Positions 54,213 to 64,000 of a stretch of 64,000 bases of DNA are shown in pieces. Origin of the DNA: Naegleria gruberi (taxonomy: Eukaryota); NCBI GenBank assembly GCA_000004985.1, contig GG738911.1; one strand, given 5' to 3'. A model generated the notes under the pieces. It was not told the origin of the DNA. It ran no database searches and saw only the letters and a program-made list of their open reading frames with translations. The position numbers were made by a program, and so were the translations under genes. How positions within the stretch are numbered: the stretch's first letter is position 1; the number at the start of each line of letters is the position of its first letter.

Positions 54213-57200
54213 ACTACTTATTAGAATAGTTATTGTTAAACTATTGAGAATAAGTTCCTAAGATGGCTCTTGAATAAATGCTTAGTTAGTAAAGTTCATA
54301 AATTAATGTTTCACTAAGAAGCTCATAACCATACTTCCTTAGAACGCGAGTTACCGGCAATTGTTACCTACACCAACTCTAAATGTCAAATGTTTCAAAA
54401 CATTAAAAAACACATCTTCACTGCATCGTTCCAAACTCCACACAAGAATCACCAAGATAAATCACCTCTGATGATATCAAAAATTTGAAGGAAAAAATTG
54501 ATGATTATTTGGCACAATTAGTTGTTGATCAACTTCCTTTTGCTAATCTTCAAGGTTATACTTCGCAATTCCTCCACCATCAAAGGAAGAAATTTAGATA
54601 AAGTATTATAGACCTGATGGTTATCCTGTGGGATGTAAGGAAAGATTCAATCTGCTGATGGAGATGTCGGATTTAATTATTATTTGAACAACCATTTTAC
54701 TTTTGTTGTATTACCATGTTAGGACCACAAGTTATTGTTGTTGCTGAAGTTAATCCAACTTATTTGCATTGTAAATAACTTCATAAACATCTCCATATCA
54801 TTTAAAACAAAACAGACTAAAACTGTTGTGTTATAAATTGTGTTACGAGCGAAATTCCTAATGATATCCGACAACAACTTAGCAAAACAAATGAAATATA
54901 GAAAATTGGCATAGTTCTTATTTACCAGCCATATAAACTTTGGTAATTTACAAGATACCATTTAGTACCACATTATTACACTCAATTAATGAAACTATTG
55001 AGAAGCATGCGTATAGTAGATAATTCAATGATACAACCATAACCAACTCTATTCTCGATAGTGTGATAATCATCTTCCTTACACAATTTACCGACGGAGA
55101 GGGCAATGATACCCTAAGACCTGAATAACTGCACAATCACCAAAACACCAGATTACGATTAATGATTCACCCACATCCACAACAACAGTTACCATCAACA
55201 ATTTTAGTAGCGAATAGTTGTGTTTGGTAGCAAGAATACACTATGTTGGTGGAAATATGACTGCACAACTTACCTTTATGAACCAAATGCATTATGCGTT
55301 TGTAAACGGTGTTGGCATTATTACATACTTACGCTATCAAGTAATGGTTGTGATTATTTTTGTTCGCACATCACTTGTGCCCAACAGTATTTTTGAGGCT
55401 TAAAGTCGGTGGTTCACTTTTGATGTCATCTTTTCAAAAGTGAGAGCAATATATGGAGCTAAAATGGTCGGCGCAGACCCCCACTTTGTTCTCAATGCCA
55501 GTTAGTATTTAACTAGTTCATTGATTGATGGTTTGTTCAAAAATTTTACAAGTTCAATTAAGGTTGACTTGGGTATATTCGAATATATGATTTAACCTTC
55601 TTTATAATATTACAATTTTTACTATTAGAATTCTTCCTCTTTATGCTGCTCTCCATTACCATCTTCCTCAATTTCTCCATCAGATTCTTGATGTTTAGAC
55701 ATCTTTCTCTTGGATGGATTTGAAATAGGCGTTTCATCATCTCATACTTGGCCTTTCTTTTCAACTCTTCCAATAATATTCCTTCTCTATTGAAAACATC
55801 TCCACGATAAGGACTCCGATTTTTCATCAAGATAATCCTCTTAAAATTCATTAGAAAGTTCTAATAATTTCATCTTGCAATCGAACTGATCTCTTTTCCA
55901 ATAAAGTATATGTTTCTTTTCAACTTTGAAGGCTACTCACCTTTCTCAACATCTCAACAAACATTAGCTTGAATTCGAAATACAATTGTTGTTGGGTTGA
56001 AAAGTTCTTTACTCGAAGCCTCTTTTCCACCTTGTTGATTCTTGGTGGTCTTTGTGTTTTGAGATGATGTCTTTTTAGATGTTGCTGAGGGCTTCTCAGA
56101 AGATGATGAAGGCTGAGATAGATTCATATCACTGAGTTAGAAAGCCTTTGTAGCTTCCATCACTTTGAAACGGAGACTACAATAGTCACAAGCTTAATCT
56201 ATTGGTCTCTAATTCATCACAGAGACAGAGAGATGGTAAAATTGCAGCCATCAATTCAGAGTAAGTATATTGAATAATGATTGAGATCATTTCATACAGA
56301 TGTCGTATCTCCCTTCACTACATGTTGAAGTGTCATTCCATTCCATTGAAATAGGTTTGTTATTAATTTTTCTCATATTAACCATTAATCATACTTGTTG
56401 TTATTGATAAAAGATGTGGAAAATCTACTGGTTATTCACCACTACTATATTTATTCTCAATAATACTATTCTACTTTATGTTTCTATTTGTGGAACTTAC
56501 TATACCACTTTCTAAATATCCATGGTTTCAAATCTAGTTTCAAATCTATTCATAATTAACAATCTAATTTCAAATCTATTGATGCTCTATAATTAATTAG
56601 ATTAATAATCTACTCTGTTATATTTACAATGTGTGACATCATTCAGCATGGTTAATATATTTACAAGTTAAAGTATAATTATTACAATAAAGTTTATTTA
56701 TTTGAATTTCAAAGTTGGTCTTGTGTGAGTACTGTGTGAAAAAAGAAGTGAAAAGTGAGCCTTAAAAGATAACCCTTAACTAATTTAAAGACAGCACCCA
56801 ACTTTTACTGTCCACTTTATAAAAGTTGAGGAAAAAGTTAGCCCCCAACTAGTTTACACATAACTTTCACACCTAAGAAGTGAAAGTTGGGTGCTAACTA
56901 GCCACCAACTTTTAAAAGTTGAATGCCTTATCCACACTATTGGCTACTACTTGGCTTCTGAAAAATAGCTGCAAATAATGTATTCGGGATTATTCAAAAT
57001 AAACTTGTGGTAAGGAAACCATCTTGTCCATAATTCTCATTGATGAAAGAATTGCAAAGATGTCCCATTGTAATACTTTTAGTACCATTAACTGATTCTC
57101 CAATATATTTACAACCATAAATAGATTTTCCAATTACAGTTTGAAAATGCTAACATCCTCTAATTTTAATAATTGGAAACAATCCAAACAACCTTTCTAT

Positions 57201-57942
57201 TAAGCATCAATTTGAACCTTTCCACATCAAGTTGATAGATTTCCTTGCCTGAAATGAACAATACTATAAAAATCTCACCCAACAACAGCATTCTGTTAAA
57301 AGGAATAATATTTCAAATAGCAAAAAAATTACTCTAATTGCGTAGTTGCAATTCCAAACAATTAATTGACTGTAAAGGTGACATTGTCAACAGACAATTG
57401 TTTTAATTATTAGGAGTAGTAGTAGTATTAGAAAATATTGTAAAGTTGTGCAAGGTAGGTAGGGTGTACTATCTTTAATGATCATTCAAATCAAGTATAC
57501 AAATCACAAAAGTCAATTTTTATACAAATTGAGAGTATTCTTCAAGTCATTGTTGGAAATTTCATCATCAACCCATTACATCAAAACAAAACCAATATTA
57601 CTTACTATTAGAATAACTACAAGATGAAATGGTGACTTTACAGTAATTATTACAATAATATTTAATTCAATCCAGTAATGAATTATTTAATTCAATCCAC
57701 TAATGAATCAAATATTACTCACTCAATACACCCGCATACGTACGTACCACCTTCAACAAGAATTATCCAATTTACAAGTCCAACCTTGTTAAAATTGGAA
57801 ATTCTCAATAAGATTCGCTTCTAAAAAAGGAAAATTTGAGAAATCATCCCATTTAACTCAATCTGATATTTAATAATTCCTACTATTTCCTTCATAAAAA
57901 AGTACAAAATATCATCACAAGCCTAATATTAATAATAACAAA

Positions 57943-58725
57943 ATGAAACAAGAGTATCAACAAGTATTTAATCCTAGGAATGCATCTTCTAATATTAATA
58001 AATATAATACTAATAATAATAATAACAAAATGTCATTCATTGATGAAACTAATAATGTAACATTAAAAGTAAAAGTGAATCAACGAAATAATAATATGCA
58101 TATTAAACAATCAAGATTGAGAAAACCATTACAAAATGATAAATTTCTATTAAATTATTTTGAATTTGATAAACAACAACATTCAAATGATTTAACTGTT
58201 TACAAAATTGTTAATATTACAAATAGTAGTACATCATCAGCACCACCATCATCAATAATTCCCAATGTTATTCAACAGTATCATCAAGGCTTGACTGCAA
58301 TATCACCATCATCATTGGAATCTAATGATTTCATTTCTAATAATTATGGTAATTGTAAAATTAGTAAGAATCATGGTAGAAGAAGATTATCAGTTGATAG
58401 TATTGTTACAACTGAGAAAGTTAAAGTTAAATCACCACTCTCTCCTCAAATTGTAAATTATTCTAATAATAATGAATCTAATTCAAGCAATGCTACCACC
58501 ACCACTAATAGTAGTACTAGTACTAGTTGTAGTAGTAATGATTGTAATATAACTGATAGTAATGATAATTATTATTGGGATTTACTTCTTTCAGAATTAC
58601 AACAGGAAGAAACCAAAGGCTTGGAGTCATCATCTTCTCATCTTAATACACTTTGTACCACAACAACAACAAGTGAAGTAGACGCGAACAACGTACCATG
58701 TGATTGTCTTGCTCAAATATTTTGA
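57943..58725 (+). CDS. Asn/Ser/Thr-rich low-complexity hypothetical protein
   Basis: 260-aa ORF with an ATG start. I recognise no domain. Confidence 0.35.
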   Translation: MKQEYQQVFNPRNASSNINKYNTNNNNNKMSFIDETNNVTLKVKVNQRNNNMHIKQSRLRKPLQNDKFLLNYFEFDKQQHSNDLTVYKIVNITNSSTSSAPPSSIIPNVIQQYHQGLTAISPSSLESNDFISNNYGNCKISKNHGRRRLSVDSIVTTEKVKVKSPLSPQIVNYSNNNESNSSNATTTTNSSTSTSCSSNDCNITDSNDNYYWDLLLSELQQEETKGLESSSSHLNTLCTTTTTSEVDANNVPCDCLAQIF

Positions 58726-59483
58726 GTGTTATCCATGTACAAGTTCTGAAGTTTACATATATGGCATAAAGTGATATCACACTAATAAAATTTCAAGCTT
58801 AAAAAAAAATAACGCACTTTCCCATTCTTCTGCATAAAATTGAGTGCCAAGTCACCCAATCCGTTCTTCTAAAACAATCAGGTTACCTAAACATGATGAT
58901 CATCAACTGCCACAAACAATCAACAACTACACTATCACCATATTATCACCAACAACAACAACATTATCATCAACATTAACAACTATCAACATGTGATGGA
59001 TAATACATACACATCTAATAATTATTATTAATTTAATAATAATAATAATTAAAATCAACAAGACTTGATGATCAACAACGGTTGTGCATGCATAACATCA
59101 ACATCATGTTTAACAAACACATTTACATTTGATGTTATGATACACATCTCGAATGTAAATGTACACAACAATATAATCACAATAACAACAACACTACTAT
59201 TAACATATGATTAATTTTACATCATGATGATTAACACATTTACATCTAGATGTTATCCACATACATCCTTTTTACAATCTAACATCTAATGCATGTAAAA
59301 TGTGATGTGAATAATGTTGTACATGATGTTGCCGTTATTGAAGTCATTAATGATGAGTTGTGTCGTTGTATTATGTTGATATAAATGGTATTACACATAT
59401 ATGTATTTAACGAAAAAGAACTATATTACTACTTTTTGTGAAATATTCGAACAGTTGTTGTTGTGTTGTGGATATTCGAAAAA

Positions 59484-60198
59484 ATGTTTAAACAACCTGT
59501 AGATGCTACTGACAACTTTGGAAATGATCATCATCAACAAGTTAACTTGGAAGGTATAATTTTATTTTTTAAATATTTATATTAATAATTATTATTATCT
59601 ACATTAAAAAATTTGAAAAATTTGAAAATTATTTAGGATCATCAACATTACCAAATAATGATCAAATTATTGATGCATATAAATTATTGAATAATTTATT
59701 ATTATTNNNNNNNNNNNNNNNNNNNNNNNNNNNNNNNNNNNNNNNNNNNNNNNNNNNNNNNNNNNNNNNNNNNNNNNNNNNNNNNNNNNNNNNNNNNNNN
59801 NNNNNNNNNNNNNNNNNNNNNNNNNNNNNNNNNNNNNNNNNNNNNNNNNNNNNNNNNNNNNNNNNNNNNNNNNNNNNNNNNNNNNNNNNNNNNNNNNNNN
59901 NNNNNNNNNNNNNNNNNNNNNNNNNNNNNNNNNNNNNNNNNNNNNNNNNNNNNNNNNNNNNNNNNNNNNNNNNNNNNNGTTACATTTAATAATATTATAA
60001 ATAATAATTTAATTAATAATATTGTAGTATATGATAATAATGATCAACAAGATAATTATTCATTACCTAAAGAAGAAGAAGAAGCAGATAATTTATTAAA
60101 TATTGAAGATGAATCAATTTTCAATAATATTGAATTAAATAATGAAAGTGATGGTAATAGTTTTATCAGTTCATTTTCATTTCTATTTAAAGAATAAT
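59484..60198 (+). CDS. hypothetical gap-spanning gene, Asn/Ile-rich with an acidic C-terminus
   Basis: Exon 1 (59484-59552) encodes 'MFKQPVDATDNFGNDHHQQVNLEG', followed by an intron (gtataatt...atttag, ~59553-59635). Exon 2 runs into the N-gap and resumes in frame after it, ending '...LPKEEEEADNLLNIEDESIFNNIELNNESDGNSFISSFSFLFKE*' at 60198. Continuity across the gap is unverifiable. Confidence 0.35.
59707..59988. other. assembly gap (282 N)
   Basis: Run of N. Confidence 0.95.
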
Positions 60199-60713
60199 AA
60201 ATTTATATTTAAACTTATTATAATCACCAAGGGATTCTATCAAATTTGTTAATAATCGTTTTACGCTAATGATTAGCAAGTAATATTGAGCCTACATGTT
60301 GAGATTCAAATGTGAGAATCCCTCAAGAATTTGGACTCCATGTATCATGAACTTGGTTCCTTAATTTAAACATTAAGAAGGAGTGCCAACAGTGGTTGGT
60401 GACATGAAAGTCAAAACGACTGATTTATTCACAATCACAGTTCTGACATGTAATTGCTGAATTGTGTTTTAGAGATTATGTTTTTATTTTCATGCCATGT
60501 TCGCACAATACAGCAATAGTACTATCGTCCGAATTCGTCATGAAATCTGGAATTGTCAATTATTTCTTTCTATTGTAGTGTATTGCTTCCGAGTTTCGTT
60601 CAATACAATTCAATACAAGGAAAGTATTATTGGAAATATGAGAGTGGATGAAATAGAGGATGCAAGTTTCTTTTGCTTGATGCTCAGTTGAATATTCACA
60701 AAAAAACAACATT

Positions 60714-61703
60714 ATGATGAATAATAACTCGACTTCAAGTTGGATAAATGAATTTTCCTCTACTGCTCATACCTGTTCAGTTGATGTTTTTTGTGGAATG
60801 GTCTCTCCATCATTCTCCAACAACAAGCCTTCAATAACAATGAACAATACAATTACAGATGATGAATGTATTGAACCAAGTCTAAATCTTGATGTTATTG
60901 ATTTTATTCAGAGTTGGGAATTATTAAAGATGATGACAACTCCAAAGCAACAATTATTTAATAGAAAGCCTTTTGACAAGCCTTCTATTCACCAAATGTC
61001 AGCCTTCAATAATATCCAATGTACTAAAATCACCTCAACTGTTATGAATTCTATTGATGCTGATATTAAGTGCACTCCATCACACTCATCCACATGCCAT
61101 ATTGTATTACCATCACCAACTGAGACATTATCTCTACTGACACTTAACACCTCACCATCTCCTCATCAGCAACCCTTCAATGCTAATACTATTGAAAATA
61201 GCCTGACCAATACCATTTCTAATACTGACATTGCTGATAAGGTACTTTTAACCAATTTAGAATCATATCAATTTCCCAAGAATCCTTATCATGAACATTA
61301 TGATCAATCACCACCACCATCAAATGATATATCCATGATGCCACTCCAACAACAAACTAATGTAAACAATACATTCAACAAGAAGGATGATAATCGTATT
61401 CTAAAGAGAAAGAGAAAGATTTCTAATGTATCTTCATTCGAATCAGAAAAGAGAAAAACCTCAATTTCATCCACCACACCACCTACAACATGTTCAAGTA
61501 ATTCATCCTCAATTGGTAATAATAGTTCATTATCAACAAATGTGCACTCACAACAATCATTCAATAATTGTATTATAATTTCAAATCCAAAACATTTGAA
61601 AAGAAGAAGAAAATATCAAAAGAGAAAGAATTCAGCCAATACAAATCCTGCTCAAACTCAAATGGAATTTCACTTTCCAGTTTGGACTTTTCATTTAGAA
61701 TAA
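60714..61703 (+). CDS. hypothetical Ser/Thr-rich protein with basic NLS-like clusters, tandem paralog 1
   Basis: 329 aa. Blocks conserved with paralog 2 are 'SSWINEFSSTAHTCSVDVFCGMV', 'CIEPSLNLDVIDFIQSWELLKMMTTPKQQLFNRKPFDKPSI', 'ILKRKRKISNVSSFESEKRKTS' and 'NPKHLKRRRKYQKRKNSANTNPAQTQMEFHFPVWTFHLE*'. Confidence 0.5.
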   Translation: MMNNNSTSSWINEFSSTAHTCSVDVFCGMVSPSFSNNKPSITMNNTITDDECIEPSLNLDVIDFIQSWELLKMMTTPKQQLFNRKPFDKPSIHQMSAFNNIQCTKITSTVMNSIDADIKCTPSHSSTCHIVLPSPTETLSLLTLNTSPSPHQQPFNANTIENSLTNTISNTDIADKVLLTNLESYQFPKNPYHEHYDQSPPPSNDISMMPLQQQTNVNNTFNKKDDNRILKRKRKISNVSSFESEKRKTSISSTTPPTTCSSNSSSIGNNSSLSTNVHSQQSFNNCIIISNPKHLKRRRKYQKRKNSANTNPAQTQMEFHFPVWTFHLE

Positions 61704-61785
61704 ATTGTTTTTTTAATAATATTTGTTTTATATTCTCTGTGTGTCCGAATAATTTAATATTCAACAAGATAATTATTCATTACCA

Positions 61786-61878
61786 CTTGAAGAAGCAGAT
61801 AATTTATTAAATATTGAAGATGAACCAATTTTCAATTTTATTGAATTAAATAATGAAAGTGAAAATAAACTTCTGTAA
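61786..61878 (+). pseudogene. relic copy of the last exon of gene 59484-60198, carried along in the tandem duplication
   Basis: 'LPLEEADNLLNIEDEPIFNFIELNNESENKLL*' parallels '...LPKEEEEADNLLNIEDESIFNNIELNNESDGNSF...' at 60040-60180. There is no upstream exon context. Confidence 0.35.
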
Positions 61879-62275
61879 AGAATATACAATTTATGATCAA
61901 GTAATAGTGAGATTGTATAATTTCGAAATACGATGAACCAGAATTTACCCTAACACTTACTGACATTCTATTAAGAAGGAGTGCCACAGCTGACGACATG
62001 AAAGAACTGTAATTGTTTAAGAGATTTTATTCGCACTGTACAACAATAGAACTATCGTCCGAATTAGTCATGAAATCTAGGAATTGTAGATTATTTCTTT
62101 CTATTGTTGGGTATTGCTTCAGGATTTTGTATTTTTAAGGACCTCAATTACTAACATTATTCTTCAAGTACATCAAGTATTGGAAATATGAGAGAATAAA
62201 TTGGGCGAGATGCAATTCTCTTTGGAGTTTATGCAGAAGAAATATTCAATGAATATTCTCAAAAAAACAAACATT

Positions 62276-63265
62276 ATGATGAGCAATAACTTGACTTCAA
62301 GTTGGATAAATGAATATTCCTCTCCTGCTCATACCTGTACAGTTGATGTTCTTTGTGGAATGGTCACTCAATTTTCATCATCATTCTCAAACTACTCAAT
62401 TAACAATCAATGTATTGAACCAAGTCTAAATCTTGATGTTATTGAGTTTATGCAGAGTTGGGAATTATTAAAGATGATGACAACTCCAAAGCAACAATTA
62501 TTTAATAGACAGCCTGTTGACAAGCCTTCTATTCAACAAATGTCAGCCTTCAATAATATCCAATGTACTAACATCAGCTCAACAGTTATGAATTCTATTG
62601 ATGATCATGATGATGATATGAAGGACACTCCACCACACTTATCCAAATCCCATATTGTATTTCCATCACCTCAACCATCAACTCAACTGTTCCTATCACC
62701 AACAAAAACATTATCTCTGACTCTTAACACCTCATCTCCTCATCAGCAACCATTCAATAACCATAACGAAAATAGCCTGACCAATACCATTTCTAATACT
62801 GACACTGCTGATCAAGTACTTTTAACCAATTTAGAATCATATCAATTTCTGATGAGCATTAAGAATCCTTATCAACAATATGTGGATCAATCACCACCAT
62901 CATCATCAATTGAAATATCCATGATGCCACTCCAACAACAAACTAATGTAAACAATACATTCAATGATAATCGTATTCTAAAGAGAAAGAGAAAGATTTC
63001 TAATGTATCTTCATTCGAATCAGAAAAGAGAAAAACCTCAAGTTCATCCTCCTCATCATCTACAAGTAATGTATCCTCAATTGGTAATAACAGTTCATTA
63101 TCAACAACATTCAAAACTCCACTCAATAATTGTATTGTAATTTCAAATCCAAAACATTTGAAAAGAAGAAGAAAATATCAAAAGAGAAAGAATTCAGCCA
63201 ATACAAATCCAGCTCAAACTCAAATGGAATTTCATTTTCCAGTATGGACATTTCATTTAGAATAA
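62276..63265 (+). CDS. hypothetical Ser/Thr-rich nuclear-like protein, tandem paralog 2
   Basis: The track ORF starts at 62201, but the ATG at 62276 gives 'MMSNNLTSSWINEYSSPAHTCTVDVLCGMV...', collinear with paralog 1 ('MMNNNSTSSWINEFSS...'). The C-terminal 40 aa are identical to paralog 1. Confidence 0.5.
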   Translation: MMSNNLTSSWINEYSSPAHTCTVDVLCGMVTQFSSSFSNYSINNQCIEPSLNLDVIEFMQSWELLKMMTTPKQQLFNRQPVDKPSIQQMSAFNNIQCTNISSTVMNSIDDHDDDMKDTPPHLSKSHIVFPSPQPSTQLFLSPTKTLSLTLNTSSPHQQPFNNHNENSLTNTISNTDTADQVLLTNLESYQFLMSIKNPYQQYVDQSPPSSSIEISMMPLQQQTNVNNTFNDNRILKRKRKISNVSSFESEKRKTSSSSSSSSTSNVSSIGNNSSLSTTFKTPLNNCIVISNPKHLKRRRKYQKRKNSANTNPAQTQMEFHFPVWTFHLE

Positions 63266-63792
63266 ATTGTTTTTTTAATCATATTTGTATGCAATATTCT
63301 CAAGACATGTAGTTTTCGGTTGTGTGTGAGCATCAAGTTGTGGATCCACAACACAGCCTAGCAGCAATGGAACCTCGGCACGGATACCCATAAGTAAATA
63401 AACCATGGAATCTCAAAGTTACATTGTTCACTTTAATACTCACATTTCAGAAAAGAGACCATTCTATAATTTGCAAAAGATCATTTCAAGATTCCAGATA
63501 ACAATCAGAAAGAATATTCTCGTTATCTAGTTACATTTTAACATAGAGATTGGAAGTTTCAAATTTCTTAATTGTACGGAATGGAAACGCATCTTCAAAC
63601 TGAGTTTTTTATTCATGAAGTTTTGCATGATAAATGGTTAGATATCCTTAATATTTTTGTTAAATTTCCATTTTTAGTATATAGATTAAAAGGCTTCACT
63701 GAAATCTGCATGTTATAAACAGTAACAATTTCACGAAAGTAAACCATACCAAACACAATATAGAAAGAAAACACACAACGAATATTCTATCC

Positions 63793-64000
63793 AATGAATT
63801 CAAACAAACAATCGAATAGAAGAAAGTCTAAAGCACTCAAATTAACTGTTGTTGATTTTTGTTCTTCCAATCCAACATCAACAACAACTAGAAGATCTAA
63901 CAATGATCATGCTGATGTTGTTGATGATAATTGTAAAGTAATGACAAGTAAATATACAGAATACTTTTCAAATAATTCAAAGCCTTTCCAAGTCATTTCA
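63793..64000 (+). CDS. start of an unidentified gene running off the right edge of the window
   Basis: An ATG at 63793 is followed by an open frame of 69 codons with no stop before the window ends ('MNSNKQSNRRKSKALKLTVVDFCSSNPTSTTTRRSNNDHADVVDDNCKVMTSKYTEYFSNNSKPFQVIS'). It is too short to classify. Confidence 0.3.

Noticed and set aside
58880-59300. Dispersed 'acatttacat...gatgttat' motif copies and 'caacaacaacat' runs as a possible satellite
   Set aside because: There are only two or three degenerate copies with irregular spacing. This is more likely low-complexity AT/CA-rich intergenic sequence, so I noted it but did not call a repeat family.
1-64000. Interpretation of the window as a prokaryotic accessory region such as a defence island or operons
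   Set aside because: Spliceosomal introns with GTAAGT/AG ends, an intron-containing tRNA-Tyr, Pol III T-run terminators, polyA-ATG start contexts, monocistronic spacing and Asn-codon microsatellites all indicate a eukaryotic nuclear genome.

Overview
This window is eukaryotic nuclear DNA, not prokaryotic. It is AT-rich and gene-dense, at roughly one gene per 2 to 2.5 kb on both strands. The sequence shows these eukaryotic hallmarks directly:
- TAA stop codons predominate.
- A-runs sit immediately upstream of ATGs, for example 'aaaaaaaATG' at 1287, 21259, 23209, 25180, 30145, 43780 and 48094.
- Introns are short (43 to 93 nt) with GTAAGT/GTATGT ... AG ends.
- (AAT)n/(CAA)n coding microsatellites give Asn/Gln-rich low-complexity protein segments.
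- One tRNA gene carries an intron.

Together these most resemble a dictyostelid social amoeba (Amoebozoa). That assignment is an inference. I cannot confirm the species.

Three N-runs are assembly gaps: 10309-10778, 54163-54212 and 59707-59988.

I can support about 35 protein-coding genes, two tRNA genes (Trp-CCA and an intron-containing Tyr-GUA), and several coding tandem repeats. I see no CRISPR array, no operon-like organisation and no clear intact transposon.

Caveat on the ORF track: it sometimes starts ORFs at TTG, GTG or CTG and prints M. I re-anchored starts to the first in-frame ATG where that was obvious.

Most notable content:
1. A roughly 1.25-kb gene for a protein made of ~25-residue tandem repeats (DUF4116-like) is present as two near-identical copies in inverted orientation (1287-2489 on + and 42357-43589 on -), bracketing about 40 kb. 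A recurring pair 'DUF4116-like repeat protein + GT10 alpha-1,3-fucosyltransferase' occurs twice, with apparent gene conversion of the fucosyltransferase 3' halves. A third fucosyltransferase 5' remnant abuts a gap.
2. Two tandem genes encode secreted, extremely Lys/Arg-rich proteins built of 87-bp coding repeats with periodic Cys pairs.
3. An EF1A/HBS1-family GTPase paralog has lost the catalytic His of the DAPGH motif.
4. A GAL4-type Zn2Cys6 cluster gene is split by an intron between the two halves of the zinc cluster.
5. A large multi-TM, PAS-containing class III adenylyl cyclase with Lys/Asp specificity residues.
6. A tandemly duplicated pair of nuclear-looking genes at the right end shares a conserved upstream element.

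All family assignments are from motif reading. None is confirmed by search.
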